From an uncultured Fibrobacterota bacterium (lineage in GTDB: Bacteria > Fibrobacterota > Chitinivibrionia > Chitinivibrionales > FEN-1185), in contig CAVSQB010000005.1 in NCBI GenBank assembly GCA_963729895.1, positions 256,001 to 320,000 of the forward strand: DNA of 64,000 nucleotides. Direction: 5' to 3'. Of the stretch, positions 49,115 through 58,256 are shown one piece after another (position 1 is the stretch's first letter; the number at the start of each line of letters is the position of its first letter). The notes below the pieces were generated by a model that worked only from the letters and a program-made list of their open reading frames with translations, made no database searches and had not been told where the DNA came from. A program made the translations under genes and the position numbers.

Positions 49115-51262
49115 TTAGCCAACCGATTCCAGAACTTCCTTCAATTCCTCCGTACTGTACGGTTTCCGGAGCACAGCCGCAAAGCCGTATTCTTTGCAAT
49201 GGGTCATCTCCATGTCTTCCGAATACCCGCTTGACAGAATAATAGGAATGTGCGGATCGCGCAGGGCTATTTCCCGGGCAAGATCTTTTCCTCCCATTCC
49301 TCCCTCGACCGTCAGGTCCGTAATCACCATTTTGTATTTGACCCCAGCCTTGGCGGCCTGGTCGAATTTGCCGATGGCGTCCTCCCCGGTGGCTGCCTCG
49401 TCGACGAGGTAACCGAGCTGCCGCAGCAGCATCGACAACGTGATGCGGATCACCTGGGCGTCGTCCATGATCAAGACCCGGCCGGCGGGGGCGGCGACTG
49501 CCTGTGGGGCGGTGCGGGAATCGGGCGCGGCGTCGACTTCGCTGATGGGGATGTACACCGTGAACACGGAACCTTTTCCGACTTCGGAGGAAACCGTGAT
49601 GTGCCCGTTATGCCTCTTAAGAATCTTGTAGGCAATGGCCAAACCGAGTCCGCTGCCCCCTTTTTTCGTTGAGAAGTAAGGATCGAATATCTTCGGGAGC
49701 ACTTCGGGCGGAATGCCGCACCCCTGGTCGGTGACGCTCACCTCCAGATAACTGCCGGCGGCAAGCGGCTGCAGTTGTTGTGCGCTCAATTCTTTTGTCG
49801 ACATGCATATATGTATCACCCCGCCGTTGACCATCGACTGGCTGGCATTGAGCACGAGGTTCTGGAATACCTGCCGCAGCTGGCCTCCGTCGGCCCGTAT
49901 GCGTACCGGCTCTGAAGGAACGGCAAACTCAAGTTTGATCCGGCTGCCATGGGCGGAAAAGGTGCAGGCATCGTGCACGACCTCCACGGCGTCGATCACC
50001 GTGAACACGGGCGCGCCGCCTTTTGCAAATGTCAACAATTGGCGGGTGAGGCTGCTGGCGCTGAGGGCGGCGCGCTCTCCTTCGTTCAATATGGTTCCGG
50101 CTTCCGAATGCGGGTCCAGGTTCATTTTCGCAAGGGCGAAACACGATGCAATGCCGCACAGGAGGTTGTTAAAATCGTGGGCTATGCCGCCGGCCAGCAC
50201 ACCAAGCGATTCCAATTGCTGCGTACGCAGCCGGTCTTCTTCGGCTTGCCTCACCTGCGTTATGTCGCGGATGGTAAGCATGTGGTGAACGGTTTCGTCG
50301 GCGGCATGCAGGTTTGTTTTCGTGACCACAATCGACCGCCGCTCTCCGGACAGGCGCACGTCGGTCTCGAAATTCACCAGCAAATCGTGTGTGCTCAATT
50401 CCGGGATGCTGTCGTACAGCGAAAGGGCGCCTGCCGGTTGGGGGCCGAGGAACCTGGCCGCCGCATCGTTGGCGCGGACGATGTTGCGGTTCTGGTCGAC
50501 AAGGAGAATCGCGTCGCCGGCGTCCTTGAAGACCTTGTCGAGGATCTCTTCAAGCTGACGTATGTTGACAGTAAGGAAATTGTACCGCCGCACGGACCAA
50601 TAGATGAACACGTCGACGATGATGATGGCGAGCGACGTGAATGACGACAGGATGGGCATCTTGAGCAGACGGGGAAAAACGAACGTGATGCCGACAAGAT
50701 ACAGGAACGCGGCGCCCATTCCGCACATCAGGATAAAGATGCGCTTTTTGTCGGCCCGGTCCGATTCCATCCTGTAGGCATGGAGCGCCAGACCGATGCT
50801 GAAAAGCGTGATCGGGAAAACGTAGAGAACAAAAATCAGCGCGAACAACGCATTCGGCAAGGGTGAGTAGAGTCCTGCGTCGGCAAGGTGCGACTCCGCG
50901 TGCAGCGGTATGTTTGCAAAGGGCAGCACTATGCCCGCGCACGCCTCCACGCCGAAGATCGCGAGGTACGCGTCTCTCTTTCTCTTCACAAAAGCATACA
51001 TGAAGTCGAGAAAGATGAAGCTGGCCGCGAAGAACAGGCTCGTGGCGACCGTAAGAAGCACATGACGAAGATTTCCCGGATGAATCATCCGGAAAGCGAA
51101 ATCGCTCAAAGTCAGGAGGAAATAGGTCCCGGCAAGGGTGAGGAAGGCGTGGTTGAGGCGGTTCTCCCGGCGCTGTCCGTACACGTACCCGATCAGAAAA
51201 AGCGTAAACAGGGGCGATGCCAGCAAGGAAATGGTGCTCAAAGGAATCATGGGTTGCCTCAT
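49115..51262 (-). CDS. Membrane-bound hybrid sensor histidine kinase (multi-TM, PAS, HisKA, HATPase, REC)
   Basis: ~7 TMs; GIAHDFNNLL, DQGCGI, GSGLGL; receiver LIMDD...ITDLT...SSGY...KPY. Confidence 0.93.
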   Translation of the reverse strand: MRQPMIPLSTISLLASPLFTLFLIGYVYGQRRENRLNHAFLTLAGTYFLLTLSDFAFRMIHPGNLRHVLLTVATSLFFAASFIFLDFMYAFVKRKRDAYLAIFGVEACAGIVLPFANIPLHAESHLADAGLYSPLPNALFALIFVLYVFPITLFSIGLALHAYRMESDRADKKRIFILMCGMGAAFLYLVGITFVFPRLLKMPILSSFTSLAIIIVDVFIYWSVRRYNFLTVNIRQLEEILDKVFKDAGDAILLVDQNRNIVRANDAAARFLGPQPAGALSLYDSIPELSTHDLLVNFETDVRLSGERRSIVVTKTNLHAADETVHHMLTIRDITQVRQAEEDRLRTQQLESLGVLAGGIAHDFNNLLCGIASCFALAKMNLDPHSEAGTILNEGERAALSASSLTRQLLTFAKGGAPVFTVIDAVEVVHDACTFSAHGSRIKLEFAVPSEPVRIRADGGQLRQVFQNLVLNASQSMVNGGVIHICMSTKELSAQQLQPLAAGSYLEVSVTDQGCGIPPEVLPKIFDPYFSTKKGGSGLGLAIAYKILKRHNGHITVSSEVGKGSVFTVYIPISEVDAAPDSRTAPQAVAAPAGRVLIMDDAQVIRITLSMLLRQLGYLVDEAATGEDAIGKFDQAAKAGVKYKMVITDLTVEGGMGGKDLAREIALRDPHIPIILSSGYSEDMEMTHCKEYGFAAVLRKPYSTEELKEVLESVG

Positions 51263-51338
51263 TGCCTCTTCTGCGCGGGGTTATGCCATGAAAATATATA
51301 TATGCCCGCCGTATTCTGGGCGGAAATGCTGCGGGCGC

Positions 51339-52142
51339 CTACTCCGGGGCGTGGCCGGAACGGCCTTTGCGGCGATGAAGAAGGATCTTGGTGTATTCGT
51401 AGCTGAGGACGATGAGGCTGCAGAAAATCCATACCGTTACCGCCTCGACTGGCAGCGAGGACCAGGCCGGTATGAAAATGCCCAGCATGTACTGGTGGTT
51501 GTAGTTCCAGTATCCGCGCGGAAGGGCCAGCGTCACTTCCCAGATGATCGAAATGAGCGTTGTGATCACCACGACTAGCGCCAGGGCGCGGAAATTGACA
51601 AAAGCGCGGGTGAGCCGCCAGAAAAAGATAAACGGCACATAGGCGGAAACGGACAGGAACAAAAGGTACTCGGGTACGAGCGGCCCTGCGGGATTGATAC
51701 GCCGCTTGAGGAGTGTGCACCCCGCCATTGCGAGCAGGAAAAGCAGGAGGTGGCCGGGTTTGAAGAACAGCACGAAGACCTTCTTGATGCGCCGGGCATA
51801 GGCGGCGTAATGCCTGTCGTGCTTCTTATATCTGCGAAGGAAGTACTCGTCGTTGAATACATACAAAAGCACGATGAACCAGAACCCGAAAAGGTAGAAC
51901 AGGAACTCTTCAACCGGTATGTTCCTGATGGTGATGCAGAGGGTCATGGCCGGGTTGGGGAATCGGAAGAACCGTTGGGCAAACAGCAGGTCCAGCAGAA
52001 ATCCGATGCAGGCAAAGACGGCAAGGTTGATGGCCAGCGCCTGCGCCTGCACGGGTTTGAGCAGCTTCTTTTCATGGAGAAAGACGCCCATGGCGAACAC
52101 GGGCGCGATCCAGAAGAGCAGCGATACGGTGTATTCAGGCAT
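51339..52142 (-). CDS. Membrane protein with two lycopene-cyclase-like (CrtYc/d-type) domains
   Basis: Start ATG 52142 (MPEYTV); IPVEEFLFY and GYWNYN..MLGI...LPVEAV. Confidence 0.7.
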   Translation of the reverse strand: MPEYTVSLLFWIAPVFAMGVFLHEKKLLKPVQAQALAINLAVFACIGFLLDLLFAQRFFRFPNPAMTLCITIRNIPVEEFLFYLFGFWFIVLLYVFNDEYFLRRYKKHDRHYAAYARRIKKVFVLFFKPGHLLLFLLAMAGCTLLKRRINPAGPLVPEYLLFLSVSAYVPFIFFWRLTRAFVNFRALALVVVITTLISIIWEVTLALPRGYWNYNHQYMLGIFIPAWSSLPVEAVTVWIFCSLIVLSYEYTKILLHRRKGRSGHAPE

Positions 52143-52959
52143 TGCGAGGCCTTTGTGCGCGCGCCGTGAAAGGGCCGGGCCGGGATGAATCGGCGCGAAC
52201 CCGGTACTTGCGAAAGTAAAAAACCAGGTACATGAGAACGGAGATGGAGGCAAACGGAACGTAATAGAGCATCTCTTCGACCGTGGTCCGCGCCCCAAAA
52301 AGGCCGAACGCAAGAACGCTTCGGTCTTCCACCATATACCAGAGGTTGAACATGCCGATGCAGACATATTCCCAAAACAGTCCGGTTCCCCACACGATGA
52401 GGATGGTGAGGAAAAAGGCACGAACGTCGGAACGCCGGTTTGCCAGCGCGGTGAACATCAGGATCGACATGAAGGGCGAAAAGAGGTAAAAGAAAATCAG
52501 GTTTTCCAGGATGAACGTCACTCCGTGCCCGAACGTGATTGCAAGCACCGTGCTGTTTGTGTAAATCCACCCTGCGTTGTTATAGAGGAGAATCGCTTCG
52601 AAGGCAAGCAATAGGGCCCAGACGGCGATGATGCTCGGAACGCAGAGTGCGAGATCGACGCGGCCTATCCATTTCCTGAAAATCGCGAGCGTCACTATGG
52701 TGCCGGTGAAGAACGCGGCGAAGTATCCGATGTGGTGCGGTTGCCGTGGGTACAATGCGTGCCACGTGCAGATGATTGCGGCGGCGGCAACGAAGAACGC
52801 GGCCAGGAAAACGATGTCCTTCCACAGGGCCGTCTTTTGTTTCCGTTCGAGGCGGTGTTCGAATGCCGGATGGTAACGGTACCGGGAAAACACCAGGACA
52901 TACAGAAGCGCGCCGGCGGCGTACAGGATTACTTCCAGGAAGAGATACAAGCATCGCAT
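52135..52959 (-). CDS. Membrane protein with two lycopene-cyclase-like domains
   Basis: GWIY...LENLIFF and FWEY...LWY...TVEEMLYY; overlaps the next gene. Confidence 0.65.
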   Translation of the reverse strand: MRCLYLFLEVILYAAGALLYVLVFSRYRYHPAFEHRLERKQKTALWKDIVFLAAFFVAAAAIICTWHALYPRQPHHIGYFAAFFTGTIVTLAIFRKWIGRVDLALCVPSIIAVWALLLAFEAILLYNNAGWIYTNSTVLAITFGHGVTFILENLIFFYLFSPFMSILMFTALANRRSDVRAFFLTILIVWGTGLFWEYVCIGMFNLWYMVEDRSVLAFGLFGARTTVEEMLYYVPFASISVLMYLVFYFRKYRVRADSSRPGPFTARAQRPRNA

Positions 52960-53020
52960 CGCCTTTTCCCTCCCTTCACCATGAGTGTATCACAAAAGTC
53001 AATTAAAGGCGAGGAAAAAC

Positions 53021-53392
53021 TGGTTACCGAGTGTGTGCGGCGAATACCTCTGGGCCACCCCTTCGGGCGACGCCTCGAAGCACCCGAAGGGGTGTGCTTC
53101 CAAGGGTCGTCGGCCGTTCGGCCTCGGTACCGGACCGGCCCTATGCCTTCGGTCGGGGGCGGCCGGCACTACGCTTTAGCGTACCTTACAGTCGCGCCTG
53201 GCGCTTGGCAGAGGAACAATTCCACAATTGTCAATTTTTTCCATGAGATAATGCAGCCAAGACTTGACCTTTCCAGCGACACCTCGCGGGTGCCCCCCAA
53301 TTGAAGGTTTTAACTTGCAACCAGACCAGCTGGGGGTCGCCCGGCACTGCTATCCAAAAGTATTGGATTTTGATTTTCCAGCTCAGCCATCC
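53021..53392 (+). repeat. Modular intergenic element copy (A-C2-D-A'x2)
   Basis: tggttaccgagtgtgtgcggcg; shares gtgcttccaagggtcgtcggccgttcggcctcggtacc with the 46347 copy; cccggcactgctatcca. Confidence 0.85.
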
Positions 53393-53528
53393 TAAATATC
53401 ACTCTGCATATTACATAATATGTATAAAATATCAGCAACAACCGCAAATATATTAAATGTATAACAGACTGATTAATAATAAGTAATAACTAATTATTTC
53501 CTACTATAATATGTAGTCCATAAAATAA

Positions 53529-53557
53529 TTGACTTTCTTTAATAATTGCGTTATATT
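53529..53557 (+). promoter_or_regulatory. sigma70 promoter, leaderless start for the TIGR02147-like gene
   Basis: TTGACT-17 bp-TATATT, 7 nt before ATG 53565; no SD. Confidence 0.7.
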
Positions 53558-53564
53558 TAGAGCC

Positions 53565-54410
53565 ATGAAGTCCCTTTTCGACTACACCGACTACCGCCAG
53601 TACCTGGCTGATTACTACCGTTCCAAGAAGGAGACTTCAACCGGTTTTTCGCACCGTGTGTTCCTCCGGAAGGCCGGCATGTCCGGGCCGAACTTTCTCA
53701 AGAATGTCATTGACGGAAAGAAGAACCTGTCCGCCGATTCCATAAAGAAATTCGCCAAAGCGTGCGGGCTGTCTGCAAAGGAAACCGGATATTTTTCCGG
53801 TCTTGTCCAGTACGGCCAGGCCCGCACGCTTCAGGAAAAGCAGAAGTACTTTGTCGTGCTTTCCGGATTCTCCCCTCGTTCGGAAACGCAGAAGATCCGC
53901 GCCGACCAGTTCGACTATCTTTCTCACTGGTACAACCTTGCCATCCGCGAATACATCCATTCGCACAAGTTCCTTGATGACTACCGGTCGCTTACGAGGT
54001 CGATTACCCCAAAAATCACGCCTCGCCAGGCAAAAAAATCCGTCAACCTGCTTCTTGACCTCGGGCTCATCAGGCTTGGGAATGACGGATTTTACCAGGT
54101 GAGCGACGAGATCATCTCCACGGGATCGGATATCAACAGTATTGCCGCGCGCAACCTGCATAAATCCATGATGGAAATAAGCTCTGCCATAACAGATTCG
54201 ACCCCTGCCGAAAAACAATATATGAGGACCATTACGGGCAGTTTTTCAGACGAGGCGTTCGGCCGGATAAAACTCGAACTTGACAACACGCGCAAGAGGA
54301 TCCTCGATATCATTTCAGAGGACACGGGAGCATCCAGGAAAGTGCATTCGGTGGGAATCCAGCTCTTTCCCCTTGAGCAGACGCCAAAGAAGAGAGGAAG
54401 GCCTTCATGA
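53565..54410 (+). CDS. TIGR02147-family (HTH + DUF4423-like) protein, putative regulator
   Basis: MKSLFDYTDYRQYLADYY...FSHRVF.RKAG...GKKNLS...WYNLAIRE...IQLFPL. Confidence 0.85.
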   Translation: MKSLFDYTDYRQYLADYYRSKKETSTGFSHRVFLRKAGMSGPNFLKNVIDGKKNLSADSIKKFAKACGLSAKETGYFSGLVQYGQARTLQEKQKYFVVLSGFSPRSETQKIRADQFDYLSHWYNLAIREYIHSHKFLDDYRSLTRSITPKITPRQAKKSVNLLLDLGLIRLGNDGFYQVSDEIISTGSDINSIAARNLHKSMMEISSAITDSTPAEKQYMRTITGSFSDEAFGRIKLELDNTRKRILDIISEDTGASRKVHSVGIQLFPLEQTPKKRGRPS

Positions 54411-55642
54411 AACGGTTTCTTTGTTACATCGCGCCGTTTCTGATTATGGGATTTGTTTCCTGCGGCAGGAGTCCGGTTGCCGCAACCGGCGGTTCGGGCA
54501 CCGATGTCGGATATGTGAGGGGCACGATCGTGGGGCAAGGCGGTTCGCCGGCAGCCAATACGCTCGTGCTGCTTGTTCCGGCGCAGTACAACCCGGCTGC
54601 TCCACAGCACGACAGCGCCGTTCTTGCAGACACGACGGACGATAACGGGACCTACGCGTTCAGGGTCGGCAATCCCGGACTTTATACTATAGAAGCGGTT
54701 CATTTGACCGATAGGACAAGGCTTCTGATCACCAATGTGGATGTTGCAAAGAATGATACGACCGTTGCGCCGCAAAGAACGCTGCAACAAACGGGTACGG
54801 TGGTGGTTATTATAGCGGACAGCGTGAGGCCAGTATCAGGATACGTGTATGTTCCAGGGACGACATTCTACAGCGTTTTTTCCGGAAGTTCTCCGGCCAT
54901 CGCCATGGATTCTCTGCCCGCCGGAGTCATTCCCTCGGTCCTGTTCAGTCCAGGCACGCAGCCGGAATCATCATCGGTCGCTGCGCGAAACGTGCCGGTT
55001 GCCCCGAACGATACCGTTCGAACTGCCAATTTCCGGGCGCTCTATGTCGCCAAGGATACGTCACTTGTCAGACGGGATACGCTTTTCATGCAGCGGCTGG
55101 AATCAAGGGGAATAGCCATGGTGATCAGGGTGGATGATTCGCTTTCCGCCGCAGATACCGCTAACATCAACGCGATATTCTTCGCGTCAACAATCAGCGG
55201 CCAGGCAACCGCCATTCTGCGCGTTGCACAAAAACCTGTTCTCGCCTGTGAAACGGTTCTGTTCAATGCGATGGACCTCTGCGGTCCAACAACTGGCGTT
55301 GATTTTGGAAATATCACGGACAGCATAGACAACATTTCCATCGCCGCACCGTCGCATCCGCTGGCAGCCGGCTTTACCGGGACAGTAACGGTTGTGAACC
55401 AGAACCTGGCGCTGCCGTGGGCCGCGCCGGCCGCATCCGCGACGGTTGTGTCAACTATCCCGAACCAGCCGGCACAGGCAACCATATTCTGTTATGAAGC
55501 CGGGGCTCCTCTTTACGATGCTGTGCCTGCGCCGGACCGCAGGGTGGGCATGCTGCTTAAGATGGAGGTCGTCCTTAATTTGAATGAAAACGGCTGGAAA
55601 CTTTTTGACGCTGCCGTGAACTGGTGCCTGAGGTTGCAGTAG
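54407..55642 (+). CDS. Lipoprotein with carboxypeptidase-regulatory-like domain
   Basis: Lipobox FVSC; GGSGTDVG, DTTDDNGTYAF, VYVPGT; ATGA overlap with upstream gene. Confidence 0.8.
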   Translation: MKRFLCYIAPFLIMGFVSCGRSPVAATGGSGTDVGYVRGTIVGQGGSPAANTLVLLVPAQYNPAAPQHDSAVLADTTDDNGTYAFRVGNPGLYTIEAVHLTDRTRLLITNVDVAKNDTTVAPQRTLQQTGTVVVIIADSVRPVSGYVYVPGTTFYSVFSGSSPAIAMDSLPAGVIPSVLFSPGTQPESSSVAARNVPVAPNDTVRTANFRALYVAKDTSLVRRDTLFMQRLESRGIAMVIRVDDSLSAADTANINAIFFASTISGQATAILRVAQKPVLACETVLFNAMDLCGPTTGVDFGNITDSIDNISIAAPSHPLAAGFTGTVTVVNQNLALPWAAPAASATVVSTIPNQPAQATIFCYEAGAPLYDAVPAPDRRVGMLLKMEVVLNLNENGWKLFDAAVNWCLRLQ

Positions 55643-55710
55643 GAGAACCATGCCGGAAGATTTCACTATGATGGAACTTCAATAATCGCATACTGCCACA
55701 AGGAGGGCCT

Positions 55711-56997
55711 ATGAATTCAACGTTCTTGTCACGAGTCTCTTTATTCTTCTGCGGCGTTGTCGGCCTCGCCATTTGTGTTCATGCGTATTCGCCGCAATAC
55801 AAGTTTTCCATAACGGGAAACCAAATCTACATCAACAATGTCGCATTCAAATCCCTCGGTCTTCGCCTATCCAATGCCATGGTGTCGGACGCAAAGACCG
55901 ATTCATTAATCATGTATCTTGACACGTTTAAATCTTACGGAATCAACTCCTTTAGTGTTTATTGGATGGGCAGCCGATTTGGCGACATCATTGGGTTCCT
56001 GCCTGATGCCAGCCTTAACCCGGTGTATACGCCGCGTATGCAACGAATCATTGAAGCAGCCGACGCGCGGGGAATGATCGTGCTGGTCGGGTGCCTCTAT
56101 TGGGGCGGCTCCGCGGCCAATAGTGCTCTTGGCGCTTGGAAGCAGACTCAGGCGAATGCAGCCATTATCAATGTTCTCAATTGGGTTCACCAGCACAACT
56201 ACCAAAACGTCTTTGTAGACCCTGATAACGAGGGTATGGCCGCGGCAGCCGGAATATGCAATACAACAACACAGATTGCCGCTGCTCACGCCGCCGACAC
56301 TTTCTCAACCGGGAAGATCATGATTGCAAGCAATACCACAGGCGCAACCGGCGCAGACATCAACATTCATTTCGGCACGTACGATGCCACAAAACCGTAT
56401 ATGGAGACCGAAGGGGTTGATGCAAATCCACCGTATTGGACGACCTATAGCAAGGATGCCAGTTTTCCAAACAATTATATCCGCATAGGTCTATATACCG
56501 CGACAATGAAAACCACTCTTGAAAATAATACCACAAATGGCGTCAGCACCCGCAACGGATGGTGGACCGCTTCTACCTGGGCACAGTGCGGGCCTGGGGC
56601 GGGCGTTACCGGGGGAACGCCTGTTGGTGGGCCTTTCATGGTGCCTGGCGGGTATTCGAATTATACAGATGCCCAAATTAATCCCGTCATCACAACGATC
56701 ATGCCCGATGCCGGTATCCGCTGGTGGCTGGAATGGCTCAAAGGCCAATACGGCGCATGGACCCCGCCGCCGCCGATGACGACGGAAGCATTAATTCCTG
56801 CTTTGTCAACAAACAAGGCCTCTGCCTATAACGAACTGAAGGTTTTCGATATGAGCGGAAGATTGCTGGAACGTTTCACTTTCAGCGGTGTAATGTCGGT
56901 TGAAAATATGCCGCGCATCAAACATGCCGGTTCCTATCTGGCGCTGTTCTGCAGGGATGGGGCGGTTGTCAATGTGAAACGGATATGCAATCCTTAA
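55711..56997 (+). CDS. Secreted clan GH-A-like TIM-barrel glycoside hydrolase, paralog 1, T9SS-like tail
   Basis: IIEAADARGMIVLVGCLYW, DNEG, ETEG; tail FDMSGRLL. Confidence 0.7.
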   Translation: MNSTFLSRVSLFFCGVVGLAICVHAYSPQYKFSITGNQIYINNVAFKSLGLRLSNAMVSDAKTDSLIMYLDTFKSYGINSFSVYWMGSRFGDIIGFLPDASLNPVYTPRMQRIIEAADARGMIVLVGCLYWGGSAANSALGAWKQTQANAAIINVLNWVHQHNYQNVFVDPDNEGMAAAAGICNTTTQIAAAHAADTFSTGKIMIASNTTGATGADINIHFGTYDATKPYMETEGVDANPPYWTTYSKDASFPNNYIRIGLYTATMKTTLENNTTNGVSTRNGWWTASTWAQCGPGAGVTGGTPVGGPFMVPGGYSNYTDAQINPVITTIMPDAGIRWWLEWLKGQYGAWTPPPPMTTEALIPALSTNKASAYNELKVFDMSGRLLERFTFSGVMSVENMPRIKHAGSYLALFCRDGAVVNVKRICNP

Positions 56998-57017
56998 CAA
57001 ATCCACAAGGAGTCGTT

Positions 57018-58193
57018 ATGAAAATGTCTTATGTTAAGTTCAGCCGCTTCGCGTTAGGCGCGATGGTGGCGCTCTCGTTCTTAATCGTTTCCGCTTCGGC
57101 ATCCCAATATGTTTTTTCGGTACGCGGCGACTCGACGGTCATCAACGGCGTGGGCTTCGTCGCCAAAGGGGTGCGTTGTTCCCAATCGCTCATCACCCAG
57201 GCGGCCACCGATTCGCTGATCTTCTATCTTGACACCTTCAAGTACTACGGATGTAATATCGTTAGTGTTTACATAATGGGTTCGCGGTACGGCAACATTC
57301 CGGGGTACAACCACGACGGTACCCTTAACCCTATCTATTCCGCAAGGCTTGGCCAGATAATTGAGGCCGCTGATTCCAAGGGCATGATAGTGCTGGTCGG
57401 GTGCCTTTACTGGGGGGGTACCACTGCAAAATTCACCGATTGGGGCCAGAGTAACGTAGACACTGCTGTTGCAAACACGGCGAGATGGATCAGTAGCCAT
57501 AATTATCGGAATGTCTTTGTTGATATCGACAACGAAGGCATGGCCGGCGGTATCATACCTAACAAGGTTGAGGCGATACAATCAGGAAGGGCAGTCGATC
57601 CTCAGATTCTTTTTTCGTGTGATTGGGGCGATGCGGCGGCGGCAGCGGCCGCGGATCTTTCAGTCCATATCGGAACACAAGTCGCAGGGAAACCCTACAT
57701 CGAGAGCGAGGGTTGCGGCACTTGGAGTTACGGTAGCGACAACTATACAGCATCGGCCATAGGTACACAACATGGTGGATGCGCCGTATCACAGGCGCAG
57801 GCTGCCGGCCCAAAAGGATTTATGTTAGCTGATATGTGGCTGCAGGCTGCCCCGCCGCTTGGTCCCAACATGAATCCGGGTGGCAACGGCACTGCCGGGA
57901 GTCCCGGAATACGCTTTTGGCTCGAAGCGCTCAAAGCCGCATGGGGCTCATGGAACCCGCCCCCGCCCCTGCAGGTTGGGGTGTCGCATGAGCTCCCGTT
58001 GCACATTGCGACTGCCGCCTATGATAACGTCAAAGTATTCGACCTGCGCGGTAAACTGGTTGCGACGTATTCTGGCAACATGCTAAACGCAAGCATGAAG
58101 CTATTATCCAGGAATACGGGCGTGAATGTCGTGGTCTACAGCAAGGGAAATGATATTATTAATATCAAATCTTTCTGCAATACGGGTCGTTGA
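57018..58193 (+). CDS. Secreted clan GH-A-like glycoside hydrolase, paralog 2, T9SS-like tail
   Basis: RBS aaggag before ATG 57018; DNEG, ESEG; tail FDLRGKLV. Confidence 0.7.
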   Translation: MKMSYVKFSRFALGAMVALSFLIVSASASQYVFSVRGDSTVINGVGFVAKGVRCSQSLITQAATDSLIFYLDTFKYYGCNIVSVYIMGSRYGNIPGYNHDGTLNPIYSARLGQIIEAADSKGMIVLVGCLYWGGTTAKFTDWGQSNVDTAVANTARWISSHNYRNVFVDIDNEGMAGGIIPNKVEAIQSGRAVDPQILFSCDWGDAAAAAAADLSVHIGTQVAGKPYIESEGCGTWSYGSDNYTASAIGTQHGGCAVSQAQAAGPKGFMLADMWLQAAPPLGPNMNPGGNGTAGSPGIRFWLEALKAAWGSWNPPPPLQVGVSHELPLHIATAAYDNVKVFDLRGKLVATYSGNMLNASMKLLSRNTGVNVVVYSKGNDIINIKSFCNTGR

Positions 58194-58256
58194 AAGGTCT
58201 TTTGCAAAAAGGCGGTTTCATAATGAGATAGGCACCAATTTACAAAAGGAGTAAGT

